DNA of 64,000 bases from a plasmid: NCBI RefSeq assembly GCF_053078305.1, contig NZ_CP166875.1; one strand, given 5' to 3'. Numbering within the stretch: the first letter of the stretch is position 1; every line of letters starts with the position of its first letter. The notes beneath the pieces were generated by a model. The model did not search any database, was not told the DNA's origin, and saw only the letters and a list, made by a program, of their open reading frames with translations. Position numbers and translations under genes: made by a program. Positions 18,603 through 28,700 of this stretch are shown here, one piece after another.

Positions 18603-20561
18603 ATGTCAGTAACAAAGTCTGAACCAAAATCTACCCGTAAAGCAAGCCGTAAACTTGCAAAAACGCAGGAAACTGTCCTGTCTGCCCTGCTGGCGCAGAC
18701 GGAGGAAGTGAGCGTGCCGCTGGCCTCACTGATTAAATCACCGCTGAATGTGCGCACGGTGCCGTATTCTGCGGAGTCCGTCAGTGAACTGGCTGATTCC
18801 ATTAAGGGAGTCGGCCTGCTGCAGAATCTGGTCGTGCATACCCTGCCTGGTGACCGTTACGGTGTCGCCGCAGGTGGTCGCCGACTGGCAGCACTCAACA
18901 TGCTGGCAGAGCGTGGCATCATTCCGGCTGACTGGCCTGTCTGTGTGAAGGTCATTCCGCAGGAACTGGCGACTGCCGCATCAATGACTGAAAACGGTCA
19001 TCGTCGGGATATGCACCCTGCCGAACAGATTGCCGGATTCCGTGCAATGGCGCAGGAAGGCAAAACACCTGCACAAATCGGTGATTTGCTGGGCTATTCA
19101 CCCCGCCACGTTCAGCGAATGCTGAAACTGGCAGACCTTGCACCTGTCATCCTTGATGCGCTGGCAGAAGACCGCATCACCACAGAGCACTGTCAGGCGC
19201 TGGCGCTGGAGAACGACACCGCGCGTCAGGTGCAGGTGTTTGAAGCAGCCTGCCAGTCGGGATGGGGTGGTAAACCGGATGTGCGGGTTATCCGCAACCT
19301 GATTACGGAAAGTGAAGTGGCGGTGGCGGGGAACAGTAAATTCCGCTTCGTGGGGGCTGATGCCTTCTCGCCAGACGAACTGCGCACCGATTTGTTCAGC
19401 GATGACGGGGACGGTTATGTCGACCGCGTGGCGCTCGATGCCGCCCTGCTGGAAAAACTCCAGGCTGTCGCTGAACACCTTCGGGAAGCCGAAGGCTGGG
19501 AATGGTGCGCCGGACGTATGGAGCCTGTCGGTTCCTGCCGTGAGGATGCCGGAACATACCGCAGCCTGCCGGAGCCGGAAGCGGTGCTGACGGAAGCTGA
19601 AGAAGAACGCCTGAACGAACTGATGACGCGCTACGACGCGCTGGAAAACCAGTGTGAGGAATCTGATCTGCTGGAAGCAGAAATGAAGCTGATGCGCTGC
19701 ATGGCGAAGGTCAGGGCGTGGACGCCGGAGATGCGTGCCGGAAGCGGTGTGGTGGTGTCCTGGCGTTATGGCAACGTGTGTGTCCAGCGTGGTGTGCAGT
19801 TGCGCAGCGAGGATGACGCGGCTGCCGACGCTGACCGCACGGAACAGGTGCAGGAGAAAGCGTCAGTGGAGGAAATCAGTCTGCCACTGCTGACGAAAAT
19901 GTCTTCCGAACGCACGCTGGCAGTCCAGGCGGCACTCATGCAGCAACCGGACAAATCTCTGGCACTGCTGGCATGGACGCTCTGCCTGAATGTGTTTGGC
20001 AGCGGAGCGTACAGTAAACCAGCACAAATCAGCCTGGAATGTAAACATTATTCGCTGACCAGCGATGCGCCATCGGGGAAGGACGGTGCCGCATTCATGG
20101 CGATGATGGCAGAAAAAGCCCGTCTTGCTGCCCTGTTACCGGAGGGATGGGCACGGGACATGACGACGTTCCTGTCACTCAGCCAGGACGTGCTGTTATC
20201 ACTGCTCAGTTTCTGCACCGCGTGCAGCATCCACGGCGTTCAGACCCGCGAGTATGGTCACACGTCACGCAGTCCGCTGGACTCGCTGGAGAGCGCCATC
20301 GGCTTTCACATGCGTGACTGGTGGCAGCCGACAAAAGCAAACTTCTTCGGTCACCTGAAAAAGCCGCAGATTATCGATGCCCTGAATGATGCCGGACTGT
20401 CCGGTGCCGCACGGGACGCGGAGAAGATGAAGAAAGGCGATGCCGCTGAACATGCAGAGTTCCACATGAAAGACAACCGCTGGGTGCCTGGCTGGATGGG
20501 TTCACCACGTCCACAGACGGATGCCACTGAACGCGCCGATAACCTGGCTGATGCCGCCTGA
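18603..20561 (+). CDS. ParB-like nuclease-domain protein, 652 aa (leading-region protein)
   Basis: N-terminal region (SLIKSPLNVRTV...LLQNLVVH...GGRRLAAL) resembles the ParB/Srx N-terminal domain; position between ssb and psiB as in F-like plasmids. Confidence 0.8.
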   Translation: MSVTKSEPKSTRKASRKLAKTQETVLSALLAQTEEVSVPLASLIKSPLNVRTVPYSAESVSELADSIKGVGLLQNLVVHTLPGDRYGVAAGGRRLAALNMLAERGIIPADWPVCVKVIPQELATAASMTENGHRRDMHPAEQIAGFRAMAQEGKTPAQIGDLLGYSPRHVQRMLKLADLAPVILDALAEDRITTEHCQALALENDTARQVQVFEAACQSGWGGKPDVRVIRNLITESEVAVAGNSKFRFVGADAFSPDELRTDLFSDDGDGYVDRVALDAALLEKLQAVAEHLREAEGWEWCAGRMEPVGSCREDAGTYRSLPEPEAVLTEAEEERLNELMTRYDALENQCEESDLLEAEMKLMRCMAKVRAWTPEMRAGSGVVVSWRYGNVCVQRGVQLRSEDDAAADADRTEQVQEKASVEEISLPLLTKMSSERTLAVQAALMQQPDKSLALLAWTLCLNVFGSGAYSKPAQISLECKHYSLTSDAPSGKDGAAFMAMMAEKARLAALLPEGWARDMTTFLSLSQDVLLSLLSFCTACSIHGVQTREYGHTSRSPLDSLESAIGFHMRDWWQPTKANFFGHLKKPQIIDALNDAGLSGAARDAEKMKKGDAAEHAEFHMKDNRWVPGWMGSPRPQTDATERADNLADAA

Positions 20562-20615
20562 TGAACAACCACACCGCCCCGCCGGAGACGGGGCGGCAGC
20601 AAGGGAGATACCGTG

Positions 20616-21050
20616 ATGAAAACTGAACTGACCCTGAATGTATTACAGACCATGAGCGCACAGGAATATGAAGATATCCGGGCTGCCGGAAGTGATGAAC
20701 GCCGTGAGCTGACACACGCCGTGATGCGGGAACTGGATGCGCCGGACAACTGGACGATGAATGGCGAGTACGGCAGCGAGTTCGGCGGCTTTTTCCCCGT
20801 CCAGGTCCGTTTCACGCCTGCCCACGAACGTTTTCACCTGGCGTTATGTTCACCGGGCGATGTCTCTCAGGTCTGGGTGCTGGTTCTGGTGAATGCCGGT
20901 GGTGAGCCGTTTGCGGTGGTTCAGGTGCAGCGGCGGTTTGCACCGGAAGCTGTCAGCCATTCACTGGCACTGGCGGCATCACTGGATGAACAGGGATACA
21001 GCGTCAGTGACATCATCCATATCCTGATGGCGGAAGGAGGTCAGGCATGA
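20616..21050 (+). CDS. psiB: Plasmid SOS inhibition protein B
   Basis: Translation [46 protein letters not shown]... recognised as PsiB (144 aa). Confidence 0.93.
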   Translation: MKTELTLNVLQTMSAQEYEDIRAAGSDERRELTHAVMRELDAPDNWTMNGEYGSEFGGFFPVQVRFTPAHERFHLALCSPGDVSQVWVLVLVNAGGEPFAVVQVQRRFAPEAVSHSLALAASLDEQGYSVSDIIHILMAEGGQA

Positions 21051-21766
21051 GCGCACGTTCACAGGCACTGGTTCCTCTCAGCACAGAGCAACAGGCCGCA
21101 TGGCGGGCGGTGGCGGAGACAGAAAAACGCCGCCACCAGGGTAACACGCTGGCGGAATATCCGTATGCGGGGGCGTTTTTCCGCTGTCTGAACGGAAGCC
21201 GCAGGATTTCGCTGTCTGACCTGCGATTTTTCATGCCGTCCCTGACCGCAGAAGAACTGCGCGGCAACCGTTCTCAGTGGCTGTATGCCGTCGATGTGCT
21301 GATTGAAACACAGGGCGAGGTCTGCCTCCTTCCCCTTCCCGGTGATGCAGCAGAGCGGTTGTTCCCGTCGGTGCGGTTCCGTGTCAGGGAACGCAGTCGC
21401 CATAAATCCGTGCTGGTCATGCAGAAGTACAGCCGCCAGCAGGCACGGGAGGCAGAGCAGAAAGCCCGTGCGTACCAGACGCTGGTCGCTCAGGCTGAAA
21501 TCGAACTGGCGTTCCATTCACCGGAAACAGTCGGAAGCTGGTATGCACGCTGGAGTGACCGGGTGGCAGAGCATGACCTGGAAACCCTGTTCTGGCAGTG
21601 GGGTGAGCGTTTTCCGTCACTGGCCGGGATGGAACGCTGGCAGTGGCAGGATATGCCATTCTGGCAGGTCATCGCAGAGGCAGGTATGGCAGCAAGGGAG
21701 GCGGGTCACGCTGTCCGTGAGATGGAGCGGTGGATGGTGCCGAACAAACTCCGGGAGGCGGCGTGA
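21047..21766 (+). CDS. psiA: Plasmid SOS inhibition protein A
   Basis: 239-aa ORF overlapping the psiB stop, the canonical psiB-psiA arrangement. Confidence 0.88.
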   Translation: MSARSQALVPLSTEQQAAWRAVAETEKRRHQGNTLAEYPYAGAFFRCLNGSRRISLSDLRFFMPSLTAEELRGNRSQWLYAVDVLIETQGEVCLLPLPGDAAERLFPSVRFRVRERSRHKSVLVMQKYSRQQAREAEQKARAYQTLVAQAEIELAFHSPETVGSWYARWSDRVAEHDLETLFWQWGERFPSLAGMERWQWQDMPFWQVIAEAGMAAREAGHAVREMERWMVPNKLREAA

Positions 21767-22077
21767 AGTGGCGTTACTCATTGCGCTGGAAACTGCCTTC
21801 TCCCTGTCCTGGCGAGCATGAACTGGTTTCAGAAGTGGTGGAGGCGGGGCAGCCTGCACCGGCATCCGTTATGTCACGCTGGGTTGCCGGAGCAGGGTAT
21901 GCGGTCTGTCTGGATTTTATTTCTGACCGCCCGGTGCGCCGCTGGAGCGAAGAACGTAAGGCTGCGGTACGGCGGCGGAATCTGGAGAAACGTATCAACA
22001 GGCATGCACCACTGTTTGCGGATGAACTGATTGCCCGTGAACTGGCTGAACGACCGGATTATTTTCAGGGAAAGTGA
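21730..22077 (+). CDS. Hypothetical protein (up to 115 aa) overlapping the psiA 3' end
   Basis: ORF only; true start uncertain (possibly GTG near 21763). Confidence 0.4.
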   Translation: MDGAEQTPGGGVKWRYSLRWKLPSPCPGEHELVSEVVEAGQPAPASVMSRWVAGAGYAVCLDFISDRPVRRWSEERKAAVRRRNLEKRINRHAPLFADELIARELAERPDYFQGK

Positions 22078-22189
22078 GTGTGGTCAGTACGCAGGTATAT
22101 GGGCTATGATGTGCCCGGCGCTTGAGGCTTTCTGCCTCATGACGTGAAGGTGGTTTGTTATCCTGTCGTGTGGCAGAAGGACAAAAGCC

Positions 22190-22260
22190 CCGTAGTTAAT
22201 TTTTCATTAACCCACGAGGCCTCTGCATGTCTAGTCCACGTCAGTATGGCCTCTTACCGT
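22190..22260 (-). ncRNA. sok: Putative Sok-type antisense RNA of the hok/sok (flm) system
   Basis: Inferred from position: antisense to the mok/hok leader, as in F flmB/hok-sok; exact ends not determinable from sequence alone. Confidence 0.4.
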
Positions 22261-22442
22261 GCAAATTGCAAGGAGGAGTAAACCATGAAACTACCGGGAA
22301 ACGCCCTTATCTGGTGCGTATTAATCGTGTGCTGCACGTTGTTGATATTCACACTCCTGACCCGGAATCGCCTGTGCGAAGTCCGGCTGAAGGACGGATA
22401 CAGGGAAGTTACGGCAACAATGGCTTACGAATCCGGCGGTAA
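22227..22442 (+). CDS. mok: Mok-like overlapping reading frame (modulator of killing) of the hok/sok locus
   Basis: 71-codon ORF in a different frame overlapping hok. Confidence 0.5.
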   Translation: MSSPRQYGLLPCKLQGGVNHETTGKRPYLVRINRVLHVVDIHTPDPESPVRSPAEGRIQGSYGNNGLRIRR

Positions 22443-22446
22443 GTAG
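22285..22446 (+). CDS. hok: Hok/FlmA-type small membrane toxin (53 aa)
   Basis: Translation [53 protein letters not shown], typical Hok family sequence. Confidence 0.9.
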   Translation: MKLPGNALIWCVLIVCCTLLIFTLLTRNRLCEVRLKDGYREVTATMAYESGGK

Positions 22447-22726
22447 CAACCTGGAGGCGGGCGCAGGCCCGCCTTTTCAGGGCTGATGCTGGTCTGACTG
22501 CACTGAAGCGCCTTTATAAAGGGGCTGCTGGTTCGCCGGTGGCCCCTTTCTCCTTGCTGGCATTGTAGCAGCATGAACAACCAGACTGTCAGGAAGGCCA
22601 CTTCCCTCCGGGAACGGGAATGAACGTGCGCCTGCGGCGCTCGTTCTTTTCCCCCGCCTTCTCTGTTTATGGCCAGTTGTCAGAAATGACATTACCTTTC
22701 CCGTGATTATTCTCTTTTTCTTCCTG

Positions 22727-23357
22727 CTCTGATTCTGACTACTGCAGTGTTGTCCTGTCTGCCGGGCGCACCTTCGGCTCCCGGCTGCCTGGCGGCATCC
22801 GGTCGTCAGGCCCGACTCCGACAGGCAGCTGCTGGCGCACCTGCCAGTCTCCGCCGAACCCGCTGGCGCGGTTTCGGGCTGCCGCTACGGTCCGATGCGT
22901 GAAAACCCCGGGCTTGCAGCGACCGTTCCGGTCGCGCCGCCTCTGTCGCGCCGTGGCCTGCGCTCCCGGCATCCCGGCAAAAAGACGCCGGGATGTAAGG
23001 CGCAACGCCGTTTCGCAAACCGCGCTTCACGTCGTTGCGGCGGGTCCCTGCCCGTTGTTCTGTCCGGTGCCATTCACCTGTTTAAGCCCCTGTCGCCGGG
23101 GGCTGATACAGCCACAACCTGCCGCACTGACTGTCCAGGGTAAATGAACAGCCCACAAAATTTTTTACCCAAAACCCGGTAAAAAATTTTGCGTTCTGCC
23201 CAGGACAGGTGCGTCAGGCCGTGGCAGTGATGCCCCATGCGGCGAAGGTTCTCAAACAGGTGATGGTGAATACCGGAGGGAACAAAAGGCAGGTCCCCGC
23301 AAAACGTCAAAACCGCGGCTCCCGAAACTCAACAGATGATGGGGGCTGAAAACATCA
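22727..23357 (+). repeat. Frpo/ssi-like repeat element, copy 3
   Basis: Near-identical to copy 2; ends in the same conserved leader immediately upstream of the RBS of the 23373 ORF. Confidence 0.85.
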
Positions 23358-23372
23358 GATACAGGAGGAAAC

Positions 23373-23675
23373 ATGAGCGCATTTTCTTTTAACACCGCTT
23401 ATCAGCCAACAGGCGATCAGCAGAAAGACGCAATCGCACAAATCGACATCATGCAGAATCGTGCTGTTCAGGCAAATCTTGCATACCAGAGCAGCCTGGA
23501 TGCGGAAACGCTATTGAAACAGTTATGGCAAATCAATGATGAACTGGGGGAACTGTTGGATAGCGTGGAAAATCACACGCCAGTTATCAGAAAAAAAGCC
23601 AGTGATTTGAGCGCACTGATGATGCTTTTCAGCCAACAGGCCGGTCAGCCTATGACTATGTTGTTGATTTGTTAA
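23373..23675 (+). CDS. Hypothetical protein, 100 aa, downstream of repeat copy 3
   Basis: ORF with RBS AGGAGGAAAC 5 nt upstream of the ATG. Confidence 0.6.
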   Translation: MSAFSFNTAYQPTGDQQKDAIAQIDIMQNRAVQANLAYQSSLDAETLLKQLWQINDELGELLDSVENHTPVIRKKASDLSALMMLFSQQAGQPMTMLLIC

Positions 23676-23715
23676 TGATAATCAGGGGCAGGAAATTAAG
23701 CGAAAGATGCTCTGC

Positions 23716-23810
23716 CCCGGGTTTGCAGCGACCGGAACGGTCACTCCACCCTTGTCGCGCTGTGGCCTGCGGCGGCTCCCGAAACTCAACCGATGATGGG
23801 GGCTGAAAAC
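23716..23810 (+). repeat. Truncated Frpo-like element (copy 4, internally deleted)
   Basis: About 95 bp joining an early segment of the repeat (cccgggtttgcagcgaccggaacggtc...cttgtcgcgc.gtggcctgcg) directly to the conserved 3' leader (gcggctcccgaaactcaaccgatgatgggggctgaaaac). Confidence 0.7.
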
Positions 23811-23830
23811 CAGAGAGAGGAGAAAGCAGG

Positions 23831-24118
23831 ATGAGTACCCGAAATATCCACGTTAACACCGCGTCGTACACGCTTCTTGTTGCCGGGAAGAAAAAAAACA
23901 CCGGGGAAGAGTGGGACGTCCTGGAATTCAGCAGCCTGACTGAGCTGAAAAAATATCGCAAAAGCCACCCGGAAAAGATGGCCTTCAGCTATAGCTACGC
24001 GCTCAGCCGGGGTGTGGATACGCAGTTCCGCCATATCAACATTGCGGAAGCCGATCACTTCAAACAGTTCCTGCGTCAGATTAAGCGTACCGGCCTCGAT
24101 ATCCGGGCGATCTGCTGA
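23831..24118 (+). CDS. Hypothetical protein, 95 aa
   Basis: ORF with RBS GAGAGGAGAAAG upstream, directly after truncated repeat copy 4. Confidence 0.6.
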   Translation: MSTRNIHVNTASYTLLVAGKKKNTGEEWDVLEFSSLTELKKYRKSHPEKMAFSYSYALSRGVDTQFRHINIAEADHFKQFLRQIKRTGLDIRAIC

Positions 24119-24236
24119 CCGGATGTGATGAATATCCCTCCTGATTGTTGCAATCTTGTTAATGGAGACCGGGAGGGATGATATTAAGCGGAAAAATTTT
24201 TTATTAAATTTATTCTTTCATAAAGGAGTAGCTGTT

Positions 24237-25058
24237 ATGCGATTAGCTTCCCGTTTTGGTCGGTATAATTCCATTCGCCGTGAGCGTCCTTTAACGGATG
24301 ATGAATTAATGCAGTTTGTGCCTTCGGTATTTTCCGGTGATAAACATGAATCCCGGAGTGAGCGTTATACATATATTCCAACAATCAATATCATCAATAA
24401 GTTACGTGAAGAAGGTTTCCAGCCGTTCTTTGCATGTCAGAGTCGGGTTCGGGATTTGGGACGCCGCGAATACAGTAAACATATGTTACGTCTTCGCAGG
24501 GAAGGGCATATTAACGGGCAGGAAGTTCCTGAAATTATCCTGCTTAATTCACATGATGGTTCATCCAGTTATCAGATGATCCCCGGAATTTTTCGTTTTG
24601 TCTGCACAAATGGTCTGGTGTGCGGAAATAATTTTGGCGAAATCCGCGTTCCACATAAAGGCGATATTGTCGGGCAGGTTATTGAGGGAGCGTATGAAGT
24701 GCTCGGTGTCTTTGATAAGGTCACTGAAAATATGGAGGCGATGAAAGAAATACATCTTAACAGTGACGAGCAACATTTATTTGGCAGAGCTGCACTGATG
24801 GTCAGGTATGAAGATGAAAATAAAACACCAGTGACGCCTGAACAAATAATTACTCCCCGTCGTTTGGAGGATAAACAGAACGATCTCTGGACAACCTGGC
24901 AGCGGGTTCAGGAGAATATGATAAAAGGTGGACTGTCGGGGCGAAGTGCCTCCGGTAAAAATACCAGGACAAGAGGCATTACGGGTATTGATGGTGATAT
25001 CCGAATCAACAAAGCATTATGGATGATTGCCGAACAGTTCAGGGAGTGGAAGTCATGA
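24237..25058 (+). CDS. Hypothetical leading-region protein, about 273 aa (possibly DUF932-like)
   Basis: ORF 24156..25058; likely start MRLASRFGRYNS at 24237 with RBS AAAGGAG upstream. Confidence 0.65.
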   Translation: MRLASRFGRYNSIRRERPLTDDELMQFVPSVFSGDKHESRSERYTYIPTINIINKLREEGFQPFFACQSRVRDLGRREYSKHMLRLRREGHINGQEVPEIILLNSHDGSSSYQMIPGIFRFVCTNGLVCGNNFGEIRVPHKGDIVGQVIEGAYEVLGVFDKVTENMEAMKEIHLNSDEQHLFGRAALMVRYEDENKTPVTPEQIITPRRLEDKQNDLWTTWQRVQENMIKGGLSGRSASGKNTRTRGITGIDGDIRINKALWMIAEQFREWKS

Positions 25059-25355
25059 TAATATAAGTAAAGCCCCGAAAATTTTTTCGGGGCTTTACTT
25101 ATATTATCATTATGCGGCATTGATATGTCGTCTGAGATGCCTCAATTTCATCAACTGGCTTTTCGGTAGTCTGTAAATATTGTGCCCGCGAAAAATGGTC
25201 TGGCAGGAGGCTGCGCAGTTACCGGATATATATAAGATGGGTTCCCGCTTTGCGGGGCTTCGGCCAGTCAGCATTATCACTCATATGATATTTTTGTGTG
25301 TGGCCTTCCATGCCGCGTTTGCGGCATAACCGGTTTTTTTAAAATGTATATCAAA

Positions 25356-25865
25356 TTAATTCTTCTGCGAGCTGTTCATTTTTGAAAGCGGTTTTTCAGA
25401 TGCACGAAGCTGGATCCCCTTGCTGTTTTTTATCCCGCTGTAAATCCGGTAAACATCTGATGCATAGGCAAGACGCCGCTGGTTCTGACGTTCGGTTTTC
25501 CTGAATCCTGCGTTGTATGCACCAACAGCCTCCCAGGAGACTCCCCATTTTTTAAAGGCTATAGCCAGATAATAAGCACCGGTATAAATGTTCAGACAGG
25601 GATCTGCTGTCAGATGTTCCGGTTTAATTCCGTAGCGGGCCAGTTCGTTAAAATGCTGGGAATCTACCTGCATAAGTCCACTGCCATATCCCGTAACCGG
25701 ATTAATACCGATGGCATTAACCCGGTTACGGGATTCTTTCCATGATATTGCTCTCAGCAAGTCAGGGTCAATTTTATAATCTCTGCCAGCCAGATCAAAG
25801 CAATCACCAGCCTTGCAGGTCACATTTATAAACATCAGGCAGATCGTCAGAAGCCATTTTCTCAT
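25356..25865 (-). CDS. Lytic transglycosylase (orf169 / gene X-like, SLT domain), 169 aa
   Basis: Translation from [11 protein letters not shown]...; contains [14 protein letters not shown] and GLMQV motifs of soluble lytic transglycosylases; adjacent to oriT as in F. Confidence 0.88.
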   Translation of the reverse strand: MRKWLLTICLMFINVTCKAGDCFDLAGRDYKIDPDLLRAISWKESRNRVNAIGINPVTGYGSGLMQVDSQHFNELARYGIKPEHLTADPCLNIYTGAYYLAIAFKKWGVSWEAVGAYNAGFRKTERQNQRRLAYASDVYRIYSGIKNSKGIQLRASEKPLSKMNSSQKN

Positions 25866-25919
25866 TTTCTCACCTCTGGTGACGTCATCAGGAAATAATT
25901 TAACCCACTCCACAAAAAG

Positions 25920-26275
25920 GCTCAACAGGTTGGTGGTTCTCACCACCAAAAGCACCACACACTACGCAAAAACAAGTTTTTGCTGATTTTCGTTTAATAT
26001 CATTGAGTTGTATTTGCGGATTTATATTGTTTAAATCTGATTTATTTAAAACAGCGTCGTTAACGCCGCTACAGCAACGCGCAGACACCGCTTTTTAGGG
26101 GTGGTACTGACTATTTTTATAAAAAACATTATTTTATATTAGGGGTGCTGCTAGCGGCGCGGTGTATTTTTTTATAGGATACCGCCAGGGGCGCTGCTAG
26201 CGGTGCGTCCCTGTTTGCATTATGAACTCTGGTGTTTCTAAATTAACTTTATTTTATGTTCAAAAAAGGTAATTT
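25920..26275. other. oriT: Origin of transfer (oriT) with nic region and TraM-binding repeats
   Basis: Minus-strand reads TTTGCGTAGTGTGTGGTGCTTTTGGTGGTGAGAACCACCAA, an F/R100-like nic sequence with adjacent inverted repeat (about 25930-25975); repeated GCTGCTAGCGG motifs at about 26141-26160 and 26196-26210 resemble TraM binding sites. Confidence 0.8.
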
Positions 26276-26278
26276 CTA

Positions 26279-26662
26279 ATGGCTAAGGTGAACCTGTATA
26301 TCAGCAATGATGCTTATGAAAAAATAAATGCGATTATTGAGAAGCGTCGACAGGAAGGGGCAAGAGAAAAAGATGTCAGTTTTTCAGCAACAGCTTCAAT
26401 GCTTCTTGAACTGGGGCTTCGTGTATATGAAGCTCAGATGGAGCGTAAAGAGTCCGCGTTTAATCAGATTGAGTTTAATAAATTACTTCTTGAATGCGTT
26501 GTAAAAACACAATCATCAGTAGCGAAAATTTTGGGTATTGAGTCTCTCAGTCCTCATGTTTCCGGGAATCCAAAGTTTGAATATGCCAATATGGTTGAAG
26601 ATATCCGGGAGAAGGTGTCATCTGAGATGGAACGATTTTTTCCAAAAAATGATGAGGAATAA
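26279..26662 (+). CDS. traM: Relaxosome accessory protein TraM
   Basis: 127-aa translation MAKVNLYISNDAYEKINAIIEKRRQEGAREKDVSFSATASMLLELGLRVYEAQ recognised as TraM. Confidence 0.93.
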   Translation: MAKVNLYISNDAYEKINAIIEKRRQEGAREKDVSFSATASMLLELGLRVYEAQMERKESAFNQIEFNKLLLECVVKTQSSVAKILGIESLSPHVSGNPKFEYANMVEDIREKVSSEMERFFPKNDEE

Positions 26663-26779
26663 AAAAGAATTAAAAGTTGATTTTATTCAAATAACAGAAT
26701 ATTGATCTAGTTCTATTTGATGACAATTAACCACATAACGAGTATATTAATTATGTGGTTAATGCCACGTTAAAATTTG

Positions 26780-26860
26780 AACTTGAAAATCGCCGATGCA
26801 GGGAGGGACTAGCTCCCTGCATCGACTGTCCATAGAATCCTTTGAGGAGGTTCCTATGTG
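26780..26860 (-). ncRNA. finP: Putative FinP antisense RNA (complementary to the traJ leader)
   Basis: Perfect stem GATGCAGGGAG...CTCCCTGCATC at 26795-26823 and a second hairpin spanning the traJ RBS; position matches FinP in F-like plasmids; exact ends inferred. Confidence 0.5.
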
Positions 26861-27056
26861 TGCGATGGATACTAGAGAAAGAGCACTCATACGTCAATCA
26901 GGCCTGCCGGAAATTATTTTATCCGCAAAATATCCAGTCTGTGTCCGCACAGAGTCAGGAAAATTCATAGACTCAAACTCTGTTTTTTTACACTCAATAA
27001 AGTGTCAGAATTGTGATTCTGAAATAGTAAGCGTCAACGGAGCACCGTATTGACGC

Positions 27057-28670
27057 TTATTTATTGGTGAGTACTACGTTCCATGGCAGGAGTTCATCAA
27101 CTCGGTTGGAAGGCCATTCTGGCAGTACGCTCAGGATATGGCGCAGATACGCTTCCGGATCGATACCGTTCAGACGGCAGGTGCCGATCAGCCCGTACAA
27201 CAGTGCTCCACGCTCGCCGCCGTGATCGCTGCCAAAGAACATAAAGTTTTTCTTTCCGAGACAGACTGCACGAAGCGCTCTTTCCGCAGCATTATTATCC
27301 GCCTCCGCCAGACCGTCATCACTGTAATAACAGAGGGCATCCCACTGATTCAGTACATAGCTGAACGCTTCGCCCAGTCTGGATTTTTTCGACAGCGTAC
27401 CATTCTTCTCCACCATCCATTCATGCAGTGACGTCAGTAACACTTTGCTTCGCTGCTGCCTGACGGCAAGACGCTCTGACTCCGGTAATCCCCGTATTTC
27501 ATCCTCGATGGCGTACAGTTCACTGATTCGCTTCAGGGCTTCTTCTGCCGTCGCACTTTTGCTGCTGATGTATACATCGTGGATTTTTCGCCGGGCATGG
27601 GCCCAGCACGCAACTTCTGTCAGTGCACCACCTTCACGTTCTGCACTGAACAGCCGATCGTAACCGCTGAACGCATCCGCCTGCAGGATACCCCGGAAGG
27701 GACGAAGGTGTTGTACCGGATGTTTTCCCTGCCTGTCTGGTGAGTAGGCGAACCAGACCGCCGGTGGCTCTGATGAGCCCGCATTCCGGTCATCCCGGAC
27801 ATACGTCCAGATGCGTCCTGTTTTTGCCTTTTTTCTGCCCGCTGCCAGCACTTTTACTGGTGTGTCGTCAGTGTGAACCTTGCGGGTGTTCATCACGTAA
27901 CGGTACAGGGTATCATTCAGCAGAGTCATTAACTGACAACATGCGTCAACCCAGTTGGAGAGTAATGCCCGGCTCAGTTCGATGCCCTGGCGGGCAAAGA
28001 TTTCACTCTGACGATACAGTGGCAGGTGTTCGCAGTATTTTCCCGTTAACACGCGGGCAAGTAATCCGGAGCCCGCGATGCCGCGCTCTATCGGGCGGGA
28101 CGGCGCTGGCGCTTCAACTATACAGTCACATTTTGTACAGGCTTTTTTTACCCGAACAGTGCGGATCACTTTCAGGGCGCTACTCACCAGTTCCAGCTGC
28201 TCAGCACTGACTTCCCCCAGATAATCCAGCTCACTGCCACACTCCGGGCAACAACTTTCTTCAGGCTCCAGACGGTGTATTTCACGGGGAAGATGTGCCG
28301 GTAACGGACGACGATGACGTGACTGTCGCAACTGGCGGGGAACCTGCGGGTCATCCTCACGCCCACTGTAACGATCGCTTTCCTGTTCGCGTTGTTTCAG
28401 TTGGGCCTCAGCCTGTTCAACCTCACGCTGCAGTTTTTCAGAACGGGTACCGAACAACATCCGGCGCAGTTTTTCTATCTGGGCCCTCAGATGTTCTATT
28501 TCCCGCTCCTCCTCTTCGATCTTTTCCTCGGCACGTGCCAGTGCAGAGCGCAGGAAGGCCTCCGTCTCTTCAACCAGACTCAGTTGCTGATCTTTCTGAC
28601 GGAGGGCTTCAGCCTGCTCAGAGAGCAGCCTTTCCAGCTCAGTGATACGAATGAGGTATTTCCGACTCAT
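27057..28670 (-). CDS. IS66-family transposase TnpC (orf3), 537 aa
   Basis: Large ORF with N-terminal coiled-coil/leucine zipper and a central cysteine-rich segment (CPECGSEL, CTKCDC) typical of IS66 transposases. Confidence 0.88.
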   Translation of the reverse strand: MSRKYLIRITELERLLSEQAEALRQKDQQLSLVEETEAFLRSALARAEEKIEEEEREIEHLRAQIEKLRRMLFGTRSEKLQREVEQAEAQLKQREQESDRYSGREDDPQVPRQLRQSRHRRPLPAHLPREIHRLEPEESCCPECGSELDYLGEVSAEQLELVSSALKVIRTVRVKKACTKCDCIVEAPAPSRPIERGIAGSGLLARVLTGKYCEHLPLYRQSEIFARQGIELSRALLSNWVDACCQLMTLLNDTLYRYVMNTRKVHTDDTPVKVLAAGRKKAKTGRIWTYVRDDRNAGSSEPPAVWFAYSPDRQGKHPVQHLRPFRGILQADAFSGYDRLFSAEREGGALTEVACWAHARRKIHDVYISSKSATAEEALKRISELYAIEDEIRGLPESERLAVRQQRSKVLLTSLHEWMVEKNGTLSKKSRLGEAFSYVLNQWDALCYYSDDGLAEADNNAAERALRAVCLGKKNFMFFGSDHGGERGALLYGLIGTCRLNGIDPEAYLRHILSVLPEWPSNRVDELLPWNVVLTNK

Positions 28671-28700
28671 GACCGTTTTTATAATCCGGCCATGACATTT

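Noticed and set aside
26796-27053. 85-aa ORF annotated in the track as an independent gene downstream of traM
   Set aside because: It is the N-terminal part of traJ running into the IS66 left end; the upstream extension before Met 26856 overlaps the FinP/traJ leader hairpins and is unlikely to be translated.
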